IMG/VR virus record: IMGVR_UViG_3300015214_000001 | Span: 1 to 64,000 of that record | Strand: one strand, 5' to 3' | Length of the DNA stretch: 64,000 nucleotides | Origin: a virus | Taxonomy: Duplodnaviria; Caudoviricetes | In this document: in pieces, positions 10,085 to 19,623 of the stretch | Layout: each line of letters starts with the position of its first letter | How positions within the stretch are numbered: position 1 is the stretch's first letter | The notes under the pieces: generated by a model | Told to the model about the DNA's origin: nothing | Seen by the model: the letters and a program-made list of their open reading frames with translations, nothing else | The model's database searches: none | Position numbers and translations under genes: made by a program

Positions 10085-10137
10085 CTAGAATCAAAAAAGC
10101 ACACTTGCTGATCTAATGTGTGCTTTTTTGATTCTAG
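10085..10137. terminator. Bidirectional intrinsic terminator
   Basis: CTAGAATCAAAAAAGCACAC..GTGTGCTTTTTTGATTCTAG between convergent genes. Confidence 0.8.
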
Positions 10138-10149
10138 CTTGAATAAACG

Positions 10150-10689
10150 TTATTTTTCCAACTCCCCGATGTGTTCTTTCGCGCTTGCAATTAACTTACG
10201 CATAACCTTCTCTAACTTCGCGTGATAATCACCTGTGGCTCTCAGGCTATCACTATCAACGTAACTACCTTCTACTGTAACCATCAACTGCGCCACTTGT
10301 CCTACGATTTCAATGTAAATGGCAGCCTCTTTCGATAGCTTAAGCGTACAACTGGCTTTTCCTGTCTGGTTCAGACGCTCATAAACTCTATCAACAATCG
10401 TCTTTTTCTGAGGGGTCACTTCTGTATCAAGCCAATCAGTAAATGATTCGATAACGCACTCTGATAAACCATCAATGTCTAGCTTATTATCCTCACCATC
10501 AAGGATAATATATCTGTCATCAGGGTCATCAGGGAAATTGACATATAGCCGATCATTCCCGTTCGGGTTCTGCCATAGGTTGACATAGAAGGTTAATTCA
10601 CCTTCTTTATGTGGCGCGTGTTGCTTACGTCTTGTCGCTGCCACAGCTTGAAGTTTCTGGATTTGAGCCTTTGATAATTCTAAGTTCAT
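10150..10689 (-). CDS. Hypothetical protein
   Basis: 179 aa ORF with RBS and own promoter. Confidence 0.8.
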   Translation of the reverse strand: MNLELSKAQIQKLQAVAATRRKQHAPHKEGELTFYVNLWQNPNGNDRLYVNFPDDPDDRYIILDGEDNKLDIDGLSECVIESFTDWLDTEVTPQKKTIVDRVYERLNQTGKASCTLKLSKEAAIYIEIVGQVAQLMVTVEGSYVDSDSLRATGDYHAKLEKVMRKLIASAKEHIGELEK

Positions 10690-10722
10690 AATGTTTTTCC
10701 TTTCTAGCCGATTTATACTCTT

Positions 10723-10749
10723 ATTCTACCCCCCCCAGTTATTTGTCAA
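10723..10749 (-). promoter_or_regulatory. Poly-G-spacer sigma70 promoter
   Basis: TTGACA-AATAACT-G8-TAGAAT (15 bp). Confidence 0.8.
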
Positions 10750-10771
10750 TAGAGAATTGATTGAGGATTGA

Positions 10772-11241
10772 TTAATCTGTCGAAAAGGTTACAACATCGA
10801 CAATCGGCTCTAAGAAACGCTTGGGCATTGAAAATGCGCCGACGCAACCACCCACACATTTAACCCACCAAGCGTCATCAGTGATGAAATATCTAACAGT
10901 GACAACATCGCCATCACCTATAAATCTAACGCCTCCTGGCACGCTCTTATACCATCCGTTATAACCTTTTTTAATACGGTATTCAGTGGGTTCAGTGCTG
11001 AGAGGGAATTTGTCTTTACCCCAGATAGTATCAACAACGCTGGAGTGTCCTAGTTGACGGGGTTCGTTGCGATCCAGTTCTGAGCTGATGCGTGTAATGA
11101 ACTGGTCAGCATAGCTCTGTGCGTCTTGACGAGTGCGGAAGTCAACGCCGTATTGCGTGTATTCTACCCCCCCCGAATTGCGGATATGGTGCAATTCCAT
11201 GTGCCATCATTTTGTTGCATGTATTTCACTTGTGTTTCCAT
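10772..11241 (-). CDS. Hypothetical protein, frameshifted at G8 tract
   Basis: AAGGAG RBS plus ATG at 11241 (METQVKYMQQ...); G9 at 11167-11174 would restore a 156 aa ORF. Confidence 0.75.
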
Positions 11242-11451
11242 TTATCAGTCTCCTTTTAGACGATAGTTGGTCTTATGATAAAGATAGCACTAATACCCCT
11301 TTGCTGCAATAGCCAGTTTTCCTTGCCTAAAACGGGAGATATTTAACTTACATTAAACTGGATATTAACCATGCCATCAATATTACTAATGATAAGTATG
11401 GTTATCACCGAGTAATTTTCATGGCATCGCAAGCTCAGCCTGAAAATGCGG

Positions 11452-11695
11452 CGGTCTGATAATAACTTATCAGACCGTATGCCTTACTCAACCTTAACCT
11501 CGTGGTCAAGGGGTGATAACTGCCGTTATCAAGACTGGTCGCAAGCGACACGCTACGTATAAGGGCTCTACGCTCAGTTGCCCTCAGCTTTGATGCTTCG
11601 GCTCGATAACGGGGTTTATCACGGAGTAATATATTGTCCGAAGTCCGCAGGTCAACTAAGCGAAGTCTCCCTGTACGTAGCGTGTCGCTTGCAAC
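11452..11695 (-). ncRNA. Putative highly structured non-coding RNA
   Basis: Perfect 19-bp inverted repeat (11541-11559/11674-11692) closing a ~150-nt rod, plus three hairpins; G-U pairs mostly favour the minus strand. Confidence 0.55.
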
Positions 11696-11790
11696 GATAT
11701 GATTACTTATCAAATTCGCCATTGACCATATCGGCACAATCGGCAATAATGAGTTTATCTTCATTCGTCTGTCTTGAAAGGACAAGCCCC

Positions 11791-12120
11791 ATGTACGCAG
11801 AAACCACTACACTTGAATACTACGTCAATGATGATGTGACGTTGGTGTTCAATATCTATCGGTACGCACATGGGTTAGTGATCCACAGTGTGGCAATGAA
11901 GAACGCCAAGACTGGCGCTATTGATCGTAGCACCATCAAAGATTTTAATGGTGGGGTGAATAACCGTCGCCTTGACCAAATGGCTAATGTGCGCTCAATA
12001 GATTATGCGGTTGAGCAAATCATCAAGCCTCATTTTGATGGGGAAATCCCGATACGCTATTTCAGGGATTTTGCAATGGATAGGTATCTTGAGAAGGAAA
12101 AGCAAAAGACCAGCCAATGA
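11791..12120 (+). CDS. Hypothetical protein
   Basis: ATG after GAAAGGA RBS; promoter TTGACC-17-AATAAT upstream. Confidence 0.8.
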   Translation: MYAETTTLEYYVNDDVTLVFNIYRYAHGLVIHSVAMKNAKTGAIDRSTIKDFNGGVNNRRLDQMANVRSIDYAVEQIIKPHFDGEIPIRYFRDFAMDRYLEKEKQKTSQ

Positions 12121-12133
12121 AGCTGGTCTTTTT
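12104..12133. terminator. Bidirectional intrinsic terminator
   Basis: AAAAGACCAGC..GCTGGTCTTTT. Confidence 0.7.
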
Positions 12134-12198
12134 AATTACATCTAATAACCATCTAACTACAAGTAAGCAGTTTAATGTCATACTTAGGACGTGATGAG

Positions 12199-12996
12199 TT
12201 ACTCGAATAAGTGGGGCGCTATTGCTTTCATGATCCCCATGGCTTCCTTTTCGAGGTTCTCCACCTCAAATTCAATAGGTGTTTCAATGTCTCTGCAATG
12301 GCGGTTACGCTCTACCACTACGGGGCGTTGCTTGAAGAAGTTTGCTGTTTCTTCACTCGTCAGAAGTGGCAGCGGGATATTTAGGTAATTCCCGCCACTT
12401 GTACGAAGCACTGGGAGATCGTAGTATGCCTCGTGGGGGTATTCCCCGTCTGGATCATTGGTCTCAAGCTCCCACTTCACGCTGCGAGGCGCGTGAGATA
12501 AGATAAAATTAAAAATAAGATTAGGGATACTATATGCTTCAAACCCTTTCAGCTTATCAGCTAGTTTAACTAGCTCTTCAATATAAGAGTGCGGCGTTTC
12601 AATGGCTTCCTTGATAACGACGCAAGTGAGCCGTCCCACATAAGGGATTTCTACTAACTTCTCAACAGTGTGAGCTTCAAATTGCCCCACGGTCTCAATA
12701 CCTGCGCCATGAAGGGCGTTGATCCAACGTGCTTTTGTTTCGGCACTCACAGGCAACACTAGGGTTTCTAGCGGTTGAGCGTCACTTGCTCCCTTCACAA
12801 AAGCACCCGTGAATGTTTCAATGTCGTCATTATCAAATAGATCATACTCTGGATGGTTCTCAACTTCTTGAATTGCAGCAGCTTTTAATATATCAGAAGC
12901 AAAACCCTCTACGCCGCCGACTGCGGCATAGTCACAACCTGAGATTGTAAATGCTGTTTCGATATTTAAGGATTGAGCAACTGTTAAATTAGACAT
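12199..12996 (-). CDS. Protein with RNA polymerase alpha C-terminal-like (HhH) domain
   Basis: RWINALHGAGIETVGQF...LVEIPYVGRLTCVVIKEAI resembles the RpoA-CTD consensus. Confidence 0.65.
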   Translation of the reverse strand: MSNLTVAQSLNIETAFTISGCDYAAVGGVEGFASDILKAAAIQEVENHPEYDLFDNDDIETFTGAFVKGASDAQPLETLVLPVSAETKARWINALHGAGIETVGQFEAHTVEKLVEIPYVGRLTCVVIKEAIETPHSYIEELVKLADKLKGFEAYSIPNLIFNFILSHAPRSVKWELETNDPDGEYPHEAYYDLPVLRTSGGNYLNIPLPLLTSEETANFFKQRPVVVERNRHCRDIETPIEFEVENLEKEAMGIMKAIAPHLFE

Positions 12997-13120
12997 TTTG
13001 CATCTTCTTTCTTTTTGATTGTTGTCGCGGGTTCATCCCGCCTTTAACTTATAAATAAATTGTATAACATTTGGCGATATATTACCCCCCCCAATTTGTA
13101 GGGGTGAAACTATTGCATTC

Positions 13121-13143
13121 AAAAACGTGGAGTTCCACGTTTT
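13121..13143. repeat. 24-bp palindrome, copy 2
   Basis: AAAAACGTGGAGTTCCACGTTTT. Confidence 0.95.
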
Positions 13144-13207
13144 CTAGGAATATCGGCTTATTAGGGAATCAAAAAAGACCAATCTCAATGACTGGTCTTT
13201 CAATCGG

Positions 13208-13591
13208 CTATGATGTACGCGATGTCAATTGATCTTTGGCACGACTTACTGAGGCATTGATGCCCTCACTGTTGGCATTCTGATACAAGCTGATACGGAA
13301 CGCACGGGACATGCACTCAATGTCAGACAGCGGCATATCCTCAGCGCGATAGCCATCTAGTATCCAAAATGCAAGATCAACATTGACCTTGATAATTTCT
13401 TCTTCGGGACACCATGTGCCTTTCATCTCATTGGGTAACATGACTTTAACGTATGATTCGCCAACGCTCGGCGTATAGCGCTCATCCGACATCACTACAC
13501 CGAGCGTTGGAAAGTAATCATCCTGACTTTCTTCCCAAAATCCTACGAACACAACATCACCAGCGGTTACTTTGCTATTCATATTCATCAT
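13208..13591 (-). CDS. Hypothetical protein
   Basis: 127 aa ORF with own promoter. Confidence 0.75.
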   Translation of the reverse strand: MMNMNSKVTAGDVVFVGFWEESQDDYFPTLGVVMSDERYTPSVGESYVKVMLPNEMKGTWCPEEEIIKVNVDLAFWILDGYRAEDMPLSDIECMSRAFRISLYQNANSEGINASVSRAKDQLTSRTS

Positions 13592-13634
13592 CTTTCTGTC
13601 TGGTCAAGACTAATTAGAACTAACTGATAGCCTT

Positions 13635-13662
13635 ATTCTACCCCCCCCCAGTTATTTGTCAA
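13635..13662 (-). promoter_or_regulatory. Poly-G-spacer sigma70 promoter
   Basis: TTGACA-AATAACT-G9-TAGAAT (16 bp). Confidence 0.8.
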
Positions 13663-13725
13663 TAGTGTTTATCAAAAACCATTGAAACTGCTACTAAGAT
13701 GGGTTAGTGCTTATAAAATATAGGT

Positions 13726-14448
13726 TTAATCATCCCATTTTTCATAAGCTAAAGGCCCACTGTTTAACTCATTGCGGGTTATCTCCCAGTTGGCAAGAAA
13801 TTTAGTCATCAACTGCTTAAACCGCGCAGTGTGGTTGCGTTCCAATAAGTGGACAAGCTCATGCACAATGACATACTCAATACAGTTGACAGGTTTCTTA
13901 GCCAATTCCAAATTGAGCCAAATGCGTTTAGCTTGGATATTGCACGTTCCCCATTTCGTTTTCATGCGTTTAATTTGCCAATCATTGATCGACACGCCGA
14001 TAATAGCCTGCCAACGCATAATCAATGGCAATGCGCGTTTCTTCAATTGCTCACGATACCATGCCATCAGCACGCGCTCACGTTGGGCAACATTGCTGCC
14101 AGGTCGAACAGTCAACACAATAAACTTTTTATTGCGTATATGGACAGTCGGCTTCGCGTCGCTATACTCAACTTGTAATAAATAGCGTTGACCTTCAAAG
14201 TAATGACTTTCGCCTGAAATATATTGGCGTTCTGTCTGGCGTTCTTGCGCCATAAACGCTTGTTGTTCGCGCTTGATCCATGCCATTCTTTTGATGATAA
14301 TCAATCGTACTTGCTCATCATCAACTCTATTTGGCACAGCAACACGAACGCGCCCATTTGGTGGATATACCCCTATATGGATATTCTTAATATCCTTACG
14401 GACGACTTCGGCGGTTATTTCGCCAACTTCGATATAGTGTTTTGTCAT
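13726..14448 (-). CDS. M48/YgjP (DUF45) family metal-dependent hydrolase
   Basis: KRMKTKWGTCN, IEYVIVHELVHLLERNH (HExxH), N-terminal RKDIKNIHIGVYPPNGRVRV. Confidence 0.9.
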   Translation of the reverse strand: MTKHYIEVGEITAEVVRKDIKNIHIGVYPPNGRVRVAVPNRVDDEQVRLIIIKRMAWIKREQQAFMAQERQTERQYISGESHYFEGQRYLLQVEYSDAKPTVHIRNKKFIVLTVRPGSNVAQRERVLMAWYREQLKKRALPLIMRWQAIIGVSINDWQIKRMKTKWGTCNIQAKRIWLNLELAKKPVNCIEYVIVHELVHLLERNHTARFKQLMTKFLANWEITRNELNSGPLAYEKWDD

Positions 14449-14627
14449 GGTGTGTTGCTCCTACGTGTTATGAATTATAAGGTCAATTGTACAGAGATAG
14501 TGCGCCTCCGCATAGTGTGACTTTTGATATTTATGTTGATCGGTTATCGAGGGGAATCTAAAAGACTAACCTTGTGAGCTAGTCTTTGTTGTTATTGTCA
14601 ATATCTTATAGGCTCATAAACTGCATT

Positions 14628-15374
14628 CTAAAAACTAGCTAATCTTTCAGACAGAACAGGCAACAGATCAATATTTCTTGTCTCGTCATATTCTTGCAAA
14701 AGCGCCAGCAGTTCGGAATCTGTAAACACCGATAAACAATCGACTGGCACATCATAGTTAATGGGTATGTCGCCAAGTCCCAAGACCCCAATTGCTTCAT
14801 GACTATTTGCTTGCGCGAAATATACAGCTTTGTGTAATGAGTGATTGCTGTGTGCTAATGGATGCTCATGGCTATTTTGGCGACTGTACCACTCAAAGAA
14901 CTTATCTGTGTCTAAAAGATAAGGGCCAAAACGATCAAGTTCTTTGGTGACATGCTCGAAAACAAGCACACTGCCGTACACTGGGATTAATTCATCTGGT
15001 TTGCCGCCAATTCTGAGTAATTGCTCGTTTCGCTCCTTAATGTAATCTTCTATATTGAGAAGTCCAACTTTAAAACATTCAACCATTGCCGATAGATTGT
15101 CTAAGTCTAATCGGTTTATCAATGGTACTTTTCCTAATACTGCACTTTTATTGATGGGGATTACATCTTCTTCGTCAATAAAAGCAACAAAGGCTCGAAA
15201 ATCCCAATTCGCTGTGCCATCGTAGCCTTCATATTTTTGGTCTATGCTTGTATCCAGTCCGCAATAGCAATCCACAACAAACCCAATAGGCAGATCAACC
15301 CGCTTTGTTACATATTTTGCGTCAATATGAGCATATTTTTCAGGAACAGCCATGATCTTAGGTAAGATATTCAT
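14628..15374 (-). CDS. Hypothetical protein, paralog of 3850-4572
   Basis: Shared motifs; also driven by a poly-G promoter. Confidence 0.85.
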   Translation of the reverse strand: MNILPKIMAVPEKYAHIDAKYVTKRVDLPIGFVVDCYCGLDTSIDQKYEGYDGTANWDFRAFVAFIDEEDVIPINKSAVLGKVPLINRLDLDNLSAMVECFKVGLLNIEDYIKERNEQLLRIGGKPDELIPVYGSVLVFEHVTKELDRFGPYLLDTDKFFEWYSRQNSHEHPLAHSNHSLHKAVYFAQANSHEAIGVLGLGDIPINYDVPVDCLSVFTDSELLALLQEYDETRNIDLLPVLSERLASF

Positions 15375-15407
15375 TGTTCTCTCTTTCTAATTTTTCTTTA
15401 TTCCTGC

Positions 15408-15434
15408 ATTTTACCCCCCCCGAATATTTGTCAA
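15408..15434 (-). promoter_or_regulatory. Poly-G-spacer sigma70 promoter
   Basis: TTGACA-AATATTC-G8-TAAAAT (15 bp). Confidence 0.8.
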
Positions 15435-15467
15435 TACCTATTTTTATTAAGACTTAAATATGGTTTC

Positions 15468-15491
15468 AAAAACGTGGAAGTCATCGTTTTT
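15468..15491. repeat. 24-bp palindrome, degenerate copy 3
   Basis: AAAAACGTGGAAGTCATCGTTTTT (2 mismatches), between divergent promoters. Confidence 0.8.
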
Positions 15492-15523
15492 AGCGATAGA
15501 GAGATGGGGATTAGTCGGCAATG

Positions 15524-15553
15524 TTGACAGATGATAAATGGGGGGGGTAAAAT
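15524..15553 (+). promoter_or_regulatory. Poly-G-spacer sigma70 promoter
   Basis: TTGACA-GATGATAAAT-G8-TAAAAT (18 bp). Confidence 0.8.
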
Positions 15554-15657
15554 AGCGACATTGATCGTGTGATAGATACGCAAATGCCACCCTAATAGAT
15601 AAGGTGGCATTGCACTCAGCCGACTAATCAACTGAGGGGATCAATCACTATTATAAC

Positions 15658-16428
15658 ATGAGACAGGATAGCACCATGAAACACAGTAATTGGGTAATGC
15701 GTGAAGCGTTCGGGAAACGCATGTTCGGCAACACTTATACTGGTGAAGTATTCATCACCAATGGAGATGATAAATTATTCAGCGTTATTGAGCCAAAGCC
15801 AAACTTTGATCCCGTCATAGCTATTAGCGTCGATATTGTCTATGACGGAGACAAGCCACAGAGAGAGGACAGTAAGTTCATTGTAATAACAGCCGAAGCC
15901 ACATCCATTATTGACCTCAGTGGGTGGATCGAAAAACGGTTTATTAATGAGCAAAACGTTGATGTTTTGGTAGATAGGCTAAACAGAAGGCTAATTCTAG
16001 GTAACACAGGATTCAGACAAGAAGGCAATGGGAACACCGTTATAGGTGACTATAGTAAATCTATTAAATTGCCGCTTGAAGAAAAATTACAGCATGATGC
16101 TGGACTAAGCAAAGGAATGGCAAGGGCTATTCTCAATGCTGATAACCACGATGATGAACAAGATAAAGCATTTTTGTGGAAAGAATTTAATATCCATCTA
16201 CCAGAAGATGATGCGATTGTCTTTGTGGTACACGTTCGCTCTAAAGATCAATTCTACTTAGCTTGTGGTATAACGTCAAACGATAACCCTGTACATGGTC
16301 TCAAATTGCCTGATATGCCGATTGCAGTGCAGCATGAAGGCGCTGGATTAATTAAAGTATTCTTCGATAATGGGGGAAGTCGAGACTATTATGTCTCAGG
16401 TGGATATATTCTAGGCAAGACAGTATAA
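15658..16428 (+). CDS. Hypothetical protein
   Basis: 256 aa ORF (start may be the second ATG). Confidence 0.8.
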   Translation: MRQDSTMKHSNWVMREAFGKRMFGNTYTGEVFITNGDDKLFSVIEPKPNFDPVIAISVDIVYDGDKPQREDSKFIVITAEATSIIDLSGWIEKRFINEQNVDVLVDRLNRRLILGNTGFRQEGNGNTVIGDYSKSIKLPLEEKLQHDAGLSKGMARAILNADNHDDEQDKAFLWKEFNIHLPEDDAIVFVVHVRSKDQFYLACGITSNDNPVHGLKLPDMPIAVQHEGAGLIKVFFDNGGSRDYYVSGGYILGKTV

Positions 16429-16451
16429 CGCTAACCCTGTAATACATCTGC

Positions 16452-16484
16452 AAAACAGCCGACTAATATCAATCGGCTGTTTTT
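16452..16484. terminator. Bidirectional intrinsic terminator
   Basis: AAAACAGCCGA..TCGGCTGTTTT. Confidence 0.75.
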
Positions 16485-16491
16485 ATTTACA

Positions 16492-16752
16492 TCACGATAT
16501 TGGCTCTGTCGGCAATTCAATCTTGCCCATATCATGTCCATTGATATTCACATGCAGATCAATCCTGCCTTCCACCAATTCGCGGAAAGCAGGATTGTTA
16601 TACCACTGCTTTAAAATCTGCACATAATCCCGTGTTTCAGGTGTCAAATCAGACGCTAAGAACCCGTCTAGCATCTTATTGATAACGCTAATATTGCCTG
16701 ATTTCAGAACTACTTCGACCCCTTTAAAAAATTCTTCTTGTGTTAACGTCAT
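16492..16752 (-). CDS. Hypothetical protein
   Basis: 86 aa ORF, RBS, promoter TTGCTG-17-TATCAT. Confidence 0.75.
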   Translation of the reverse strand: MTLTQEEFFKGVEVVLKSGNISVINKMLDGFLASDLTPETRDYVQILKQWYNNPAFRELVEGRIDLHVNINGHDMGKIELPTEPIS

Positions 16753-16867
16753 TATTTGTCCTTATCTGATGCCTATCAATACCCCTATGATAGCATATGC
16801 CGATATTACCAGCAAGTAACCGATGGCGATCCTAACTAGAGCATTTAATTGATTTTTTAGAACAAAT

Positions 16868-17596
16868 TTGCTAATATATAATAGAGTAATCACTGAACCA
16901 TTAATTTACTGTTGCCAGCGCCTAAGCGTTAGAAAGTGTTTTACTGTGAGCATTAACGATCACTTCATGCCAACACCTAAGAGAGTACCTAGCTTGCCGA
17001 TTAATCAATCAATCAAAACGGTTAATGTAGACACATCTCATGCGATTTTGATTGATAAATATAATACCCCCCCCAGTACGATATTGACACGGGTTATTCA
17101 AAATACCAACAAGCTAAAATCATATGGCGCGTACCATATAGCTAACCGCATATTTATCACATTAGCATCCAACTACTACACGCTGTCTAATCATGGTCTG
17201 ATAGTAGGGTATGAGTACAGCGCGGGCCATCAAATCAAGCGGCGATATGATTTACTGCCTCAACTATTGATGTCACGGTTTATACGACCATTTCATGATT
17301 CGTCGGCGCTATACAAATCACGCAATGAACATCACTGGCATTATGACCTGGTATTGTTAAGCTGCAATAATCAAATAATCAACATCCCGCGTCCAAAACT
17401 TCACCCTGCATTAGTCGGCGCTCTACTGATGACTATTATCAATAAGCCCGATCAATGGATTGAAAAATGGTCACATGAACGTAAAATTACCCCTAGCCCT
17501 GATCGGCAACTTATTGATGATCTATATGAGAACATTAAGCATGATCTGAATGATCTCAATATCCATCTATGCGCCTATGCAGTATCAGGCATATGA
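16868..17596 (+). CDS. Hypothetical protein (start uncertain)
   Basis: 242 aa ORF with in-frame C8; true start probably downstream. Confidence 0.55.
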   Translation: MLIYNRVITEPLIYCCQRLSVRKCFTVSINDHFMPTPKRVPSLPINQSIKTVNVDTSHAILIDKYNTPPSTILTRVIQNTNKLKSYGAYHIANRIFITLASNYYTLSNHGLIVGYEYSAGHQIKRRYDLLPQLLMSRFIRPFHDSSALYKSRNEHHWHYDLVLLSCNNQIINIPRPKLHPALVGALLMTIINKPDQWIEKWSHERKITPSPDRQLIDDLYENIKHDLNDLNIHLCAYAVSGI

Positions 17597-17664
17597 TCTA
17601 TCGGCAATCCGTATAACACCCTGCATCTAACTGATGGGCAAAACAATAAAATATCCTCACCCTG

Positions 17665-17687
17665 AAAACGTGGAGTTCCACGTTTTT
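17665..17687. repeat. 24-bp palindrome, copy 4
   Basis: AAAACGTGGAGTTCCACGTTTTT. Confidence 0.95.
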
Positions 17688-17852
17688 TGTTACCTGGTTG
17701 TGATGCCGATGAGCGCCGACAGAACCACCTATCAACTTGTAACAATCTTGTTATATTGAGGGGAAACCCTAGTATTTTGAGAGAAAAAAGCTACAATAAA
17801 AGGGTAACAATCGTTACAGACTGTCCAGTATATACACAAGGAACTTTAACAA

Positions 17853-18602
17853 ATGAACAGAAATCTATTTGAACAGTTAGTTAGAGCGTTGGCTTATAAC
17901 GTTCTGCAAGATGTTAGATACCTTATAGCGGAATTGGTAAAAAATATTCCTAGCTATAAGGGGATACAGTTCAATATATTGAGTGAGACTCGTTGGTGGA
18001 ATATGCCATTAACAAGGTCTGCATCTATTGAGATTGTATGGCGTGACAATACACTAGGTCTATTCCGCGTGAACGTCCCATATCATCTAATTGACCCCAA
18101 AGACCTTAGAATAATACTAGCTGAAAAACCTAATATCATCCATGCTTATAAGGGTTATGAATTTGCTAGGGCAGATCAAAATAGCAGTTTTATGCTAGAC
18201 GGATACCTATCCCATGAACTTTTAAAAGTAGAGTTGGAAAGAACAGGCCATATTTATATGGATATGGTAGGGGATGCTGGTTTGTTCAAGCCCGAAGGTG
18301 ATACTTTACACCCTGAGTATTATGAAGATATTGATATTTTCTTAAATGATGCTGGTTGGACATTTACGAAAAATAGGTACTCAGTTGATCTGCACAATTA
18401 CATTGTCACTGGTAAATACTACGGCGAAAATATACCAGATGAATTACTAGACGCGCTGTATCTATTTGACCCACGTCCTGATTTAGAGCAAGATAAATAT
18501 TATGGCGTTTGGGTATTCACAATAACATTAGCAACAGTTGTTCATGATGATATTCGTGAACAATATAAGGGCAACCACTGGACTACTGATATTGACGAAT
18601 AG
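17853..18602 (+). CDS. Hypothetical protein, tandem paralog of 18808-19560
   Basis: YMDMVGDAGLFKPEG vs YADLVAGMGFFKPVG; duplicated leader and terminator. Confidence 0.85.
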   Translation: MNRNLFEQLVRALAYNVLQDVRYLIAELVKNIPSYKGIQFNILSETRWWNMPLTRSASIEIVWRDNTLGLFRVNVPYHLIDPKDLRIILAEKPNIIHAYKGYEFARADQNSSFMLDGYLSHELLKVELERTGHIYMDMVGDAGLFKPEGDTLHPEYYEDIDIFLNDAGWTFTKNRYSVDLHNYIVTGKYYGENIPDELLDALYLFDPRPDLEQDKYYGVWVFTITLATVVHDDIREQYKGNHWTTDIDE

Positions 18603-18807
18603 CCGATAGAGTCTCACTGATAAAAGAGGGTGATTAATGTCACTCTCTTTTTGATTCTTGGCGGCGCGATCAACAATAGCCGCTGCTAGACCACGTATAA
18701 CAATGTTGTTATATTGAGGGAAAGAACCTATCATTTTGAGGGTAAAATGCTATAATTAAAGCGTAGCAAATGCTACAAATTGTCCAATTTTCTACACACA
18801 AGGAAAG

Positions 18808-19560
18808 ATGAAAATGAAAGTTTTTGATGCTTTTGACGCGCTTGTATTTGCATTGCAGGATAGCGATTTTCCTATGGCGCGAAACGTCATAGATGAAATG
18901 GTTAACAACAACGGCTATTACAAGTTGAAATATGCAATCATAACGGATATGCAGAATTGGGAAAACGATATTTTCGCGCCGTCTACATATATTGAATTGA
19001 CGCGGGATTATGGCAACAATAAGATTCGGCGTGTCCCCGTGCCGATTGAGATCATCACTGATGAATCAGCAAAAACCATTGTAGCAACTAAGCCCTTAGT
19101 TATCACTAGTCACGCTAGAATGATGACAGACGGCATCATTAATGAAGAACCATTGTGCTATGACACATTTAATACATATGTAAAGCATAGCCTGTTACGT
19201 CATGATTTAGATGTTACAAATTATGCTTATGCTGATTTAGTGGCTGGCATGGGGTTCTTTAAACCAGTGGGCTTAGACGTATATCCAACCGCCTATTATG
19301 ATGTTGTGAAGGCGATTAAAGAGTCGGGATGTTCTGACATTCTCATGACTTACGCGCCTGATATGAGTTGTATCCTGATTGTTGGCAATTACTATCATGA
19401 GGATTTAGACGATAAAGCGAAAGACATGCTATATCTGTTAGATCATAGCATGAGAATTGAATTTAACCATAAGTCACAAGTGTGGCAATTCATGATTATT
19501 ATTGCCGATGCTGTAGACAATAAAACATGGAAAAAATTTAAGGGGAATAACAACAAATAA
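18808..19560 (+). CDS. Hypothetical protein, tandem paralog of 17853-18602
   Basis: 250 aa ORF with shared motifs. Confidence 0.85.
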   Translation: MKMKVFDAFDALVFALQDSDFPMARNVIDEMVNNNGYYKLKYAIITDMQNWENDIFAPSTYIELTRDYGNNKIRRVPVPIEIITDESAKTIVATKPLVITSHARMMTDGIINEEPLCYDTFNTYVKHSLLRHDLDVTNYAYADLVAGMGFFKPVGLDVYPTAYYDVVKAIKESGCSDILMTYAPDMSCILIVGNYYHEDLDDKAKDMLYLLDHSMRIEFNHKSQVWQFMIIIADAVDNKTWKKFKGNNNK

Positions 19561-19623
19561 CCACCGATAGCAGGTAACAAAAAAGAGAGTGATTAGCGTC
19601 ACTCTCTTTTGATTCTAATGGCT

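Noticed and set aside
11452-11695. Retron msr-msd or IS200/605 end
   Set aside because: No reverse transcriptase, TnpA/TnpB or IscB was recognised in the window.
11578-11790. Long version of ORF 11578-12120 and ORF 11435-11785
   Set aside because: Both overlap the structured element and a promoter; the RBS supports a start at 11791.
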